NCBI GenBank assembly: GCA_030390025.1 | Contig: CM059432.1 | Location: forward strand, 24,802,001 to 24,866,000 | Direction: 5' to 3' | Length of the DNA stretch: 64,000 bases | From: Squalus acanthias | Lineage: Eukaryota | Shown here: piece after piece, positions 49,655 to 62,100 of the stretch | Layout of the letters: every line of letters begins with the position of its first letter | Position numbering within the stretch: the first letter of the stretch is position 1 | Translations under genes and position numbers: made by a program | Notes under the pieces: generated by a model | Database searches by the model: none | The model's input: only the letters and a program-made list of their open reading frames with translations | Told to the model about the DNA's origin: nothing

Positions 49655-50295
49655 CATTTTAGCACGCAGCTGACGAAGGTTGGAGATGCCACCATCTGTG
49701 AGGTGTCGAATAAAGATTGCCCGTCACATTTCTTGAAAATCTCACGCAGTAACACAGCAAACAGTTTGCTGAACAGGGTTGGGGCAAGAACACAACCTTG
49801 TTTGACGCCGCCAGTGATTACAAATGGTGATGACACGTGACCTTGATCTATTACACAGGGCATCATTTCAACATATAATTACCAGACAATGTTCACAAAT
49901 CTACCAGTGCATCTGAACTGTAGGGGAGTCTCCCACAGTGCATCACGATTCACAGAATCAAATGAGCTTGCCAAGTCAACAAAAAGCACATGAAGGTCCG
50001 TTGCTCTTCTCTACACTCTTCCTGGATATGGTAGGCTGAGAAAATCATGTTGGATATTCCACAACCAGCCTGAAAGCTGCATTGGCTTGCGTGGAGAATT
50101 TTTTTCCACTGGTTGTTCATTCAGTCGGCAGAGCATAATGCGGGCAAAAATTTAACCCGCTACCAATGAAGCAAAATCGTGCGGTGACTATCGGAGTTTG
50201 AGCGGTCACTTTTGCACTTGTAGAGCTGCACGATGTCGACAGCTTTGATATCTTGCGGCACCGTTGTATGTTCCCAGGTCTTGGCTGATTTGTTA
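49655..50295 (-). mobile_element. Degenerate RTE-clade LINE RT fragment
   Basis: SSPFVITGGVKQGCVLAPTLFS; VPQDIKAVDIVQLYKCKSDRS.SDSHR.ILL. Confidence 0.8.
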
Positions 50296-51155
50296 CATGT
50301 TCCCTGATTGAGCTGCACAGACCAGGAGGTTAACTCTTGGACCACGTGCAGTTAGCTGATCCCAGTCAGGCCAGGGACGCTTAGATTGAGCTGGGAGGCT
50401 AAAAAAAAATGTAACTTGAGTCCCTGTTACAGACCAACGTGCAGACATCAGGCGCGGTCTTCCATGGTGGAATAGCCAGCCAACGCTTACTGCCTCGGCT
50501 CGCACAGGAAGATTGACCACCGAGGTACCCGGCATGAGCTGGTGCCTTAAGGAGAAGGTGAGGGAGTGAGACCAATGGTAGTGCCTCCCCTACCCTGGCT
50601 GACATCAGCTAACTCAGCACAGACCAGGAATCGAAACTGAGACTCTCCTACAAGAATATCATTTGAACCCTTGGATGAAGTAGTGGCTTGAATCATATCC
50701 AACTGCATTACTCGTCAGTGAATTTGTTGATGAAGCTGAGAGTTTATCAATGAATTCAGTGACTGAAATTGTATAAATAGCAGCTCAGTTTCAAACAGAC
50801 AGCAGGTTCCTGCGATTGAAACATTTTCTTCAAACTGAAGTGCTGTTGTGTCACATGAATTGTACTCCAGTGATATCAGGTTCCATTTTACAGCAGCTTA
50901 CAGTGAAATAGTATGCCCTTTATATATTATATATGAGACATGCGGTATATATTAAAAATACTGCTTATTGAAAGTCTTACCATTGGCAATGCAATACAAA
51001 GTATCACCTTGTGAATTTGTACTGCACAACCTAACGTCACGCTTAGAATCAGTGTCTCTGGATTAGGGAGGGGAAAATAGGTGGGGTTCCTACTCCCCAT
51101 CTCTATGCAGTGACTCCTGTTGAACTGTGGTGCGTGTGTGTGTGAGAGAGAGAAA

Positions 51156-51246
51156 GGGGTAATTCTGACTTTGTGCGATAGTGTGAAACGGATCAAGGCG
51201 AATCGGAAGGCCATTTTACATCGTCGCACAAAGTCAAAATTACCCC
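51156..51246. repeat. 91-bp hairpin / miniature MITE
   Basis: GGGGTAATTCTGACTTTGTGCGA pairs with TCGCACAAAGTCAAAATTACCCC; no clean TSD. Confidence 0.75.
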
Positions 51247-54200
51247 TAGTGGGTGTGAGAACTGATTGTGCTTCCCTCAATGTCTGCTGACACTGTTTAG
51301 GCTCATATATTCATTGAATATATTTAAGGTGGAGGTAGACAGATTTTTGAAAGGTAAGGGAGTCAAGGGTTATGGGGAGCAGGCGGGGAAGTGGAGTTGA
51401 GGCCAAGATCAGATCAGCCATGATCTTATTGAATGGCGGAGCAGGCTTGAAGGGCCGAATGGCCTACTCCTGCTCCTACATCTTATGTTCTTATATGTGG
51501 CTAATATGGGCAGGTAGTTTCCATCGAACTGCAGTCCAGCTGGAAAGTCAGTGCCTTCAGGAGAGTAGGCGAGTAAATTGGCAACAAAAAGGGGAGCTCT
51601 GGGAGTAGCTCACTTCTCCAGCCTATTAACCTGTTACTTCAAACTTCATGTTATAAAATAAAACCTTTGCCTCATCCCATACGAAGCTTCATTTTAACCA
51701 ACAGAGGAGCTCAAATTGGGGCAAGAGGAAAGAGTGGTAGAAAGTGACCTGTCGAGTTAGTACGAATGAGGTTGTGCTCTGTGTGCCCATTGGTGACTTT
51801 GCCCTTAGGTTCTCACAGCAGGATGAACCCTGCCTGACTTCAGTCACAAGCACTTAGTTGCAGCCAGCCAGAGTGAAACAGCAGACAGAAACCCCTCCCC
51901 ACCGGTGCAGACTGCTGTAAAGGAAATGCAGCACAGATATGCTTTTTAATGGTATTGTCTTTCTCAGTGGAGTGGAAAATAACTTCATCCCATCAGCAGC
52001 TAAAGGGCAGCACGTCACGCCTCAAAGAGAAATAGAACAGAGAAATCTTTTTTTCTTCTTAAAATGACCTGCCTGAGTGTTTCACACACAGTATCTAGCA
52101 GTTTGTGATTCTCTCTAAAGGTTTCTTTTATTGATTTGAGTACGTGCACAGTACTTGTGTGTCTATAAATCTTTATATACAGGCCAGTCGATCTTGTCCA
52201 AGGTATTGCCTACAAACCAGAACAAAGATTGTCCCTCTGTTGCTGTAACTGTCTCTGCTTGTCTCCCTCTCTCAATGCCTTTTGTATTTCTATTTATCTC
52301 GGACCCTTTTTCTAACTTTGCTTGTCTTTCTGTAAACCTCTCCTTCTCTGGGTCTTTTCTCCCTTCTGTGTCTCACAAGCTCAGTTTCTTCTTGAATGGA
52401 GAGTGTTTGTAAACTTGTTTGGCTTACAACCCTCCTTGGAATTTACATGGGCATCATTTCAAAATGCCCATATTTTTATGTACCGTATTTACTTATTTTT
52501 AAAACGTTCGCAGGATATGGGTGACGCTAGCAAGGCTGCATTTATTGCCCATCCCTATTGGTTTGCGAAGGTGGTGATGGTGGGCCTTATCCTTGAACTG
52601 CTGCAGTCCTTGTGGTGATGGTGCTCTCACAGTGGTGTTAGGTAGGACATTCCAGGATTTTGACCCAGCAAAGATGAAGGAATGGCGAAATATGTCGAAG
52701 GCAGGATGGTGTTTTACTTGGAGGGGAACTTGGAGGTGATGGTGTTCCCATGACATTGCTGCTCTTGTACTCTGAGGTAGAGGTCGCAGAGGTGGGAGGT
52801 GCTGTTGGTAATATATGAATACGGAGTGACTCAATATATCCAATGCTGCTGCCCTAACACCTGTCCCAGATGTTACCTGGGCAAACAGGGCAGAGAGAGG
52901 TGGGCAGGGCAGTAGCATGAGACCGGCACCACCTGATGTTTGTAAAATATTTTGTATTTGGTAGATTTTTAGGGGGTAGAAACCAATAATAACACAAAAC
53001 TATAATCAATCTATCACTCCGCCACAGAAGATAAGCACCATAGAATCATAGAAATATACGGCACAGAAGGAGGCCATTCGGCTCACCCACCGAGGTCAGC
53101 AAAATCGCGGCCTTCTTATCTGTGTATTGTGTCCTCCTCCAACTTAAAATCTACCCCTTGGCGAGCGTTAAGTTTCGCTTGCAGCAGGAGAAAAACCACA
53201 TGGTGATCAGTATAGACTTAAATGGTCAATTCCTGTCTGAAGCACCATTGTTCCTGAACAGCTGGGACAATGCAAAAGTCACAAGAAAAGTAGCCAGTCA
53301 AAGATGGATAATATAAGGTGTAAGAATAGATAAATGGGGGTAATTTTATGAGTCCACAGTCCATGCAGCAAGAAAGCACACGTTGTCCACGATTTTTGGA
53401 AATCGGGTGCAGTGCATGACTGAATTTCTGATACGTGCTCCCGATGGTGCAAGGCTCCCCACTTTGAGTGCCGACTCGCCAAATGACCACTTAATTGTGG
53501 AAATTAAATTTGTTCACCCTTACACCCGAGAAGGAGATCATTCAGCCCATCGTGCCTTTGTTGGCTCTTTGAAAAAGTTATCCAATTAGTCCTACTGCCC
53601 TGCTCTTTCCCCATAGCCCTGCACGCTTTTTCCTTTTGACGTATATATCCAATTCCCTTTGAAAGTTGCTTTTGACTTTGCACCCACCACCTTTTCAGGC
53701 AGTACATTCCAGGTCATAATAACTCACTGTGTAAAAAAAATTCTCCTTATCTTCTCAAGAGTCTATAATGAAGTAAAACCTGTAGAAGAGCATTGTTAGG
53801 ACCAGTGACTTTTATCATATTCATTCACGGGATGTGAATGTTGCCGGCAAGGCCAACATTTATTGCCCATCTCGATTTGCCCTCGAGAAGGTGGTGGTGA
53901 GCCACCTTCTTGAATACAACTGAATGGCTTGCTAGGTCATTTCAGAGGGCAGTTAAGAGTCAACCACATTGCTCTGGGTCTGGAGTCACATATAGACCAG
54001 ACTGGGTAAGGACGGCAGATTTCCTTCCCTAAAGGACATTAGTAAACCAGATGGGTTTTTACGACAATCTGGTAGTTTCATGGTCACCATTACTGATACT
54101 AGCTTATTTTGAAATTCCAGATTTTTATTTAGTTAATTAAATTTAAATTCCCCAGCTCCTGCGGTGGGATTTGAACTCATGTCTCCTGCTTCTTGTTCAG

Positions 54201-55657
54201 TGCTTTTTTAATATTATTGTTATGTCATTGTCATTGCAATGAGCTCCGTCCCAAGTAATATGTTGATGCATTTCACTGCAACATATGTTATTACACTGTG
54301 TGTAAACAAATGGAAGAGAGATTTTCCAAACAATCTTGGTACATCTTTAAAAAGTCAAGTTGGGATTTTTCTGTTAACTGATTAAAGCGCTGAGTTATTA
54401 AAAAAAATACAATGAGGAAGCCGGATGAATGCTGATGGGCTATTTGGTATTTTTATAACCTTTTGAGTTGATTATTCCAATCAGACAACACAGTAGGAGC
54501 ATGTTTGACAAAAACCTATTCTAACAAAGTGGCCGCATGATGAGAATCCAATGTTATTTGTGAAACATTAATGTTCTTTTCTCAGAAATAACAGAATAAA
54601 CTTTTCACTCCCTGAAACCAATGGTGCAGAAAATCTGACCAAGATCCATATCATTACATCTGTGCACTTTAGTATGGAGTACAATTTTATGGCAGCCATT
54701 TTAGACCGGCCTTAAGTGGCCTTGCCAAAAAGGAGACATAAAAGCTTCATCTAAATATTATAATGAATTTAAGTGAAGCCTAGTGTAATTTTTCATCTTC
54801 TTAGGCCAGAATTGGGCTGGGTCGAAGGGAAGTGATAGAGCTCTTAAAGTGTCTGAGCCTTTTTGGCATTTTTTAAAATTTCCAGATATTTTACATTTTT
54901 ATTGTAGGCGAACTATTAATTTTTACGGGAAATGTTTTAATTTCTTTTTTCTTTCTCCTAACAGAACGTAATGTGCATGTACAACCCAAAATAGCGAAAT
55001 ATTGTCTACTGATTCATCGGAAAGAAATTGAAGTATTTACAAGACTTCAACAAAACAGGAAGAGTTGAAAAAAAAGCAGCAGCAAAATGGAGCTCTTACA
55101 ATACAGACTTTTACAGGAGTTCAAGGAGGGACAAAGCATTGAGGTTAAGAGTTCCCTGCAGTTTGTAAATCAGGTTAGTGACAGGGTTTAGATTTGAAGC
55201 ACCATAAATACAATGGCTCGGAATTTGCGGTCAGATGTAAATGAACGGCGCTCGCCGTTCACCTCGCTGACAGCTGTCCACAAAATGTTGACTGCCTTTA
55301 GAAAGAAAGAAAGACTTGCATTTATATAGCGCCTTTCACGACCACCTGAAGTCTCAAAGCGCTTTACAGCCAATGAAGCACTTTTTGAGGAGGAGTCACT
55401 GTTGTAATGTGGGGAACGCGGCAGCCAATTTGCACACAGCAAGGTCCCACAAACAGCAATGTGATAATGACCAGATAATCTGTTTTTTTGTTATGTTGAT
55501 TGAGGGTAAATTATTGGCTGAGTGAAGACTTACTCTAATCTAGCATCTGTTCCAGTGCGGCGCCTTCGACAGGGCATTTGTGGCATCTGTGAACAGGAAA
55601 AGAAATAGCGGGGCTCTTCAAACAATCAAATTGAAGAATTTTCACCTGAGACACGCA

Positions 55658-56410
55658 GGGCTGGATTTTGATACTGGGGCGGGTTGGGGTCGTGTCATCC
55701 GCATTTTGTGTTAGCCACCCGACTGCAATTGGATGTGGGAGATTGATGCAATTTTCACTTAATTGGGCAATTGAGTTCCAGCATGTGGGAACCCATGAAC
55801 CAATTAGTGGTTTCAGTCTGAAAGTCGCCTCTGATGATGTCATCATTGCAGGTCAGAGACTGCCTGGTCTCAGAGTTGCCTGGCCTTTGCTGTGAGAGGA
55901 CCTGGATGCAAAATGAGCAGCATCTCAGAGAGAGAGAGAGAATGAGAATTTTTTTTACAACCAAGTCCTCTCCGAAGACATTCAATGCAGCAGCATCAGA
56001 GGTGACTTTCAGACCTAATACTACTACTACCTTCATCACAATACTACTACTACCTTCATCACATCTCCGTTGTAATAGTGGACCTGCAGCTGATAGTCAG
56101 CTATCCACTTGTGCTCCCAACAAGTTTCACTGGCGTGTTTCACATCAGGTGTACTTAACGTCGGAAAAGGGTTAAACTAGCTAAAATGTTTCAAAATGGC
56201 ATTACAGAGCCAATTTAGGGCTTGTTAAGGGCTTTAATGGCTTCTCCCGCCTCTTGGAGACGGGACGGAGTCGGGAACCCCGCGACCGATTTTGTCAAAA
56301 TTGCGTGGAGGCGGAATGGAGTCGGGATGGGGTCAGGACCTCCGAATCTGCAACTTTAACCCCCCGCACGCCTCCAAACCCGACTCCACGAGTCATTGAA
56401 AATCCAACCC
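55658..56410. mobile_element. Harbinger-like MITE abutting the 56414 MITE
   Basis: TIR GGGCTGGATTTT / AAAATCCAACCC. Confidence 0.7.
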
Positions 56411-56413
56411 TTA

Positions 56414-57306
56414 GGGGTAGAAATTAGGTCGCGCCCCATTTGGGGCGTAAATATCGTCCGGACGCAAATATTAGCGCCTGGCGCTAATTATCGGCACTGA
56501 CAGGAAACTTCACTTTTACCGCCCCGGGAGGTGAGTGGAGCGCTAAAGCAGGCACTGCACACCTCTCTTAAGGCGCAAAGGCCGAGCAGTGAGGCGCTAA
56601 CTCGGAGCGCTGGCGAAGCTCATGTAATGTCAGTCAGCAATGGAACACACACACAATGGCACGGGCCAGTTCTTAAAGGGGATGGTTAATCTTGTTTTCC
56701 ATCCACATCCTGTTCATTGCTGCCTTGAATCTCGGCCTGGAGAGACTTGCACATCAAATGTGCTGGAAAGAACAATGGAAAGTACCAGGCAAAGAGCTCA
56801 GAGTGCAGCTCCCACATTCTCTGCTAAATCGATACAAGGAATGGCAAATCAAAATGAACCTGCAAAGTGCTGCTCAGTACCCAAAACTCCTTCACACAAC
56901 GTTGAATCTCTCCAGAAGTCTCTCCCTCTCTCTCTCAGAATGCGTAGTTCAAAAATGCCACCAACAATAAAAGACAGGAAGAGGCCCCCTTTAAATAGCG
57001 CCCCCCCCAGCCCCACAGCGATTGATAGCGTTCCAGTCTTCTGGTCGTTGGAAGCGCCAGGCGGTAAGGCAGGGGGCGCCACTCAATTTCTGCTACGGGG
57101 CGCCACAAGGGCGTTGCACCATGGAATGACGTCACAATCTGCGCGCGCAGGTGGTCGCAGCGGTAAGTTTTAGCGCCGCCGCACAATCTCAAGTTAAGTT
57201 CTCGAGCGGTGCAAACATCGCTGCGCCCGGGCGTTAGCGGCTTTGCGCCCCATTAGCGCCCTCTTAAGGCGCTAACGGGAGGCGCAACCAAGTGAATTTT
57301 TACCCC
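56414..57306 (-). mobile_element. Harbinger MITE, subtype A (893 bp)
   Basis: TSD TTA; near-identical reverse complement of 7007-7899 (the incidental 177-aa ORFs differ at only a few residues). Confidence 0.94.
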
Positions 57307-57686
57307 TTAGAGTCCAAACCAGGAAGTATAAGGCAGGAAATATAAATTAGATTTAAATGATGTACAGAAAGCAAAATAATGATTGTGAAATACAGATGGG
57401 ATTAAGGTAGAGAGATAAATGAGACAGACTGAAAAAGTAAAAAAGAAATTAATTTTAATTTTAATTTTTTTAAATCTCCAACACTAATTTTCTTCTTAGG
57501 GAATGAGATTCCACACTTGTAAAATTAATTGTTCTGGGCCAGAGTGGTTGTTCAGCAGTAATTATCACTTATCATGCTGTTAAAAATGCAGTTATTCCTG
57601 AATGCACCAGCCCTAACATTTTAGCAGTCTTTAGTGAGGAACGAGTGGGTAAGTATAGTAAGTTCACGCTGTTGCATTCATTTCAA

Positions 57687-60160
57687 TTTTTTTTTTATTC
57701 GTTCATGGGATGTGGGCGTCGCTGGCAAGGCCAGCATTTATTGCCCATCCCTAGTTACCCTTGAGAAGGTGGTAGTGAGCCACCTTCTTGAACCGCTGCA
57801 GTCCATGTGGTGAAGGTATTCCCACAGTGCTGTTAGGGAGGGAGTTCCAGGATTTTGACCCAGCGACGATGAAGGAATGGTGATATACTTCCAAGTCAGG
57901 ATGGCATGTGACTTGGAGGGGAACTTGGAGGTGGTGGTGTTCCCATGCGCTTGCTGCCCTTGTCCTTCTAGGTGGTAGAGGTCACGGGATTGGGAGGTGC
58001 TGCCGAAAAAACCTTGACAAATTGCTGCAGTGCATCTTGTAGATGGTGCACACTGCAGCCACGGTGGTGGAGAGAGTGAATGTTTAAGGTAGTGGATGGG
58101 GTGCCAATCAAGCGGGCTGCTTTGTCTTGGATGGTGTCAACCTTGAGTGTTGTTGGAGCGGCACTCATCCAGGCAAGTGGAGAGTATTCCATCATACTAC
58201 TGACTTGTGGTTTGTAGATGGTGGAAATGCTTTGGGGTGTCAGGAGGTGAGACACTCGCCGCAGAATACCAAGCCTCTGACCTGTTCTTGTTGACACCAT
58301 ATTTATGTGGCTGGTCCAGTTAAGTTTCTGGTCAATGGTGACCCCCAGGATGTTGATGGTGGGGGATTCGGTGATGGTAATGCTGTTGAATGTCAAGGGG
58401 CGATGGTTAGATGCTCGCTTGTTGGAGATAGTCATTGCCTGGCACTTGTGTGGCGCGAATGTTACCTGCCACTTATCAGCTCAAGCCTGAATGTCGTCCA
58501 GATCTTGCTGCATGCGGGCATGAAGTGCTTCATTATCCGCGGAGTTACGAATGGCACTGAACACTGTGCAGCCATCATCGAACTTCCCCACTTCTGACCT
58601 TATGATGGAGGGAATGTCATTGTGAACAATGAGGAGGATGCTAGGAGGCTACAGAGTGACTTGGACAGGTTGGGTGAATGGGCAAATGTATGGCAGATGA
58701 AGTACAATGTGGATAAATGTGAGGTTATCCACTTTGGTGGTAAAAATAGAGAGGCGGACTATTACCTGAATGGTGGCAGATTAGGGAAAGGGGAGGTGCA
58801 ACGAGACCTGGGCATCATGGTACATCAGTCACTGAAGGTGGGAATGCAAGTGCAGCAGGCAGTCAAGAAAGCAAACGGAATGATGGCCTTCATAGCAAGG
58901 GGATTTGAGTACAGGAGTAGGGAGGTGATGCTGCAGTTGTACAGGACCTTGGTGAGGCCACACCTTGAGTATTGTGCGCAGTTTTGGTCTCCTAACTTAA
59001 GGAAGGACATTCTTGCTATTGAGGGAGTGCAGCGAAGGTTCACTAGATTGATTCCTGGGATGGCCGGACTGACATATCAAGAAAGATTGGGTCAACTGAA
59101 CTTGTATCCTCTGGAGTTCAGAAGAATGAGGGGGGATCTTATAGAGACATTTAAAATCCTGACTGGTTTAGACAAATTAGATGCGGGCAGAATGTTCCCA
59201 ATGGTAGGGAAAACTAGAACCAGGGGTCACAGTCTAAGGATTAAGGGGAAGCCATTTAGGACTGAGCTGAGGAGGAACTTCTTCACCCAGAGAGTGGTGA
59301 ATCTATGGAATTCTCTTCCACAGAAGGTTGTTGAGGCCAGTTCGCTAAATATATTCAAAAGGGAGTTAGATATAACACTCACAACTAAGGGGATCAAGGG
59401 GTATGGCGAGAAAGCAGGAATGGGGTACTGAGGTAGCATGTTCAGCCATGAACGCATTGAATGGCGGTGCAGGCTCGAAGGACCGAATGGTCTACTCCTG
59501 TACCTATTTTCTATGTTTCTATGTTTCTATGATGAAGCAGCTAAAGATGGTTGGTCCTAGGACACTGCCCTGAGGAACTCCTGCAGCGATGTCCTGGGGC
59601 TGTGATGATTGACCTCCAACCACCACAAACATCTTCCTTTGTGCTAGGCATGACTCCAGCCAGTGAAGAGTTTTTCCCCCGATTCCCATTGACTTCAGTT
59701 TTACTAGGGCTCCTTGATGCCACACTCGGTCAAATGCTGCCTTGATGTCAAGGGCAGTCATTCTCACCTCACCTCTGGAATTCAGCTCTTTTGACCATGT
59801 TTGGACCAAGGCTGTAATGAGGTCTGGAGCCGAGTGGTCCTGCCGGAACCCAAACTGGGCATCAGTGAGCAGGTTATTGGTGAGTAAGTGCTGCTTGTTA
59901 GCACTGTCGATGACACCTTCCATCACTTTGCTGATGATTGCGAGTAGACTGATGGGGCGGTAATTGGCCGGATTGGATTTGTCCTACATTTTGTGGACAG
60001 GACATACCTGGGCAGTTTTCCACATTGTCGGATAGATGCCAGTGTTATAGCTGTACTGGAATAGCCTTGCTAGAGGCGCGGCTAGTTCTGGAGTACAAGT
60101 CTTCAGCACGACAGCCGGACGTTGTCGGGGCCCATAGCCTTTGCTGTATCCAGTGCGCTC
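57687..60160 (-). mobile_element. CR1-group LINE 3' portion (RT), split by a younger CR1
   Basis: AQFGFRQDHS, ALDIKAAFDRVWH, AGVPQGSVLGPTIFS; INILGVTIDQKLNWTSHI; A-rich tail. Related tails at ~29100-29480, 52505-52810 and 53820-53920. Confidence 0.9.
58622..59530 (+). mobile_element. 5'-truncated CR1 with uninterrupted 269-codon ORF2 C-terminus and tail
   Basis: ORF 58622..59431 has no stops; (TTTCTATG)n tail. Confidence 0.95.
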
Positions 60161-60594
60161 CCCGTTTCTTGAATGCAGAGTCTATTGACGAGGACTGCAA
60201 GAGCTCACCCTGTGGAGAAGCAGGGTATCTCTGACAGTATCTTCCGGATTTCTGCATTTAACCGTGCGTTTACCAATGCCAGAAGTTGCTGTCCAGTTTA
60301 CCCTGTAATAACAGTGAGCGCTGATAGCCTCACCATTATTATTACCACAAAATCCGGGAACAAATGAAAGAAGGAAAATCAGCAAGCACCAGTGCCAGAC
60401 TGCCTACACCCACTATCTGCCAATTCTGCAGGCCCTTACAAACCTACCATGTGGAACTGGTTTTGCAGACTGCTGCTCAGCATGGAATCAGTTGCAGACC
60501 TGTGCCAACTATTGCAAGGAACCCGGCGGCCATCCTGTATGTTAATAACTGACCTTATATAATGAAAGCTAGATTGTGTTACAGTGTTGACATG

Positions 60595-61746
60595 TGTGAA
60601 GTTGTTTTGAAGGGGTAATTACTAGTCCTAGCCCCTTTAGGTCTACCCCGGATCAGGCGTATTCCCCAGACATTCACTTTCAACTAAAGTTTGAGGTAGC
60701 CGAATCCTAAAGACGCTTAATTGGGTCTAAATGTCTGGACTATCTCTCCCTAAAGGAAAGGAACAACCTGAAAATGTTACCGTCCTCCAGATAGCACTTT
60801 TAATAAGTTTAGCTAGCCTGTAATGTTCTGGAAATTATGAGGGTCCGGAAAACTCCCCCAGAATTCTGCAACTCCTCACCAAAGAGTGTACAGAGATTGA
60901 GTTTGCAAGTTTTTGATACAGAAGTCTTATGTGAGACAACTCTAAAAATATATCGAGATTTATTAAAGAACCGACATGTCATTTACAGTTGGTGAGTCAA
61001 TCGCAACATTAACAGTTCCAAAAAGAGAAAGCTTACAATCTTATTATCAGAGAACCTTACTCTCAAATCTTAACTTTGCTACAGTTTGACAGTTCTTAAA
61101 GTTCTATTCAGGATATCCACCAAAATCAAATACTTTTGATCCCCGAGGTACAAAGAGTTGGAGACTTACAGAGCCGCCTCTGAAGCCGAGAATCACTTTG
61201 CCCGATTACAGCGAGTCTACTATGCCATTTGAGAGTTCAATATTTATACCCTTTTCCAGTGGTATTTCCTATAAGGTTTTCTGCTGATGTAAGCTAATTA
61301 TCTCTAGTCATTTTTCTGCTGACCACTGCAATTCTTACAGTCACCTCAGCTGGTAGCATTACAGAATTATGTCTCTTCTCTAGGTGTTCTAAGTTTACCA
61401 TAAAAAACGGTGTTACGGCAGGTGCATTTTTTACTTGATGTCATTTTTACGAAGACAGATGTTACTTACTTTTATGTGCTTCTTTACGAAGTGTAAATTA
61501 GAACACCTTGTCCAAAATGAACCATTGTTTCATTCCGAAAGGTTCAGCTTTTAACCTTCTGTTTCAATAAGGTTATTGATTCAGTGTCAACAACTATCTT
61601 ATCTCTATAGCCAGAATGCTTTCACAGCTTTTTCATAGTTAGGTTTCTAGATTTCCAAACCCAGTTTGTCATGTTTTAATAAGGCCAGAATTCTTTCATA
61701 GAATGGTGTATTTTTCTGAGTAGGTTATATGGCTTATTCCTTCACA
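60595..61746 (-). mobile_element. Probable solo LTR (~1.15 kb)
   Basis: TGTGAAG...CTTCACA termini; on - strand TATAAAT (~61245) lies upstream of AATAAA (~60960); no TSD found. Confidence 0.55.
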
Positions 61747-61899
61747 GTTTGAAGATATATGTGCTAAGACTTCAATGTAAGATGCAGCTTGAATGTATAC
61801 CCTACTGGACTAGTGCACATGAAGCAATGAATGTTGCTTGTGGGCTTGGCATGTGTCAGCAATAAATGTGCAAAAAGTTACCTGGTAAATGGTGCTATT

Positions 61900-62100
61900 A
61901 GTTAGTCTTATCCTGTTATCTTCCTTAAGATATGCCATCATCTTCCATATCTGTTCCCAGTTCCTACGCATAGTGAACACAGCATTGATCCTGGCTGCCA
62001 CATCCTGCCAGCGGGTAGGCTGCACTGCTGCCCTCTCAAGAGGGTGCCCTTTAGTGGCAAACATCAGAACCCTCCTCTTACCTCATGCAGCAGTATATCC
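61900..62100 (-). pseudogene. Degenerate Harbinger-type Myb/SANT remnant
   Basis: RWQDVAARINAVFTMRRNWEQIWKM matches the W..VA..INA.....R.W.Q..K trihelix pattern. Confidence 0.65.
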
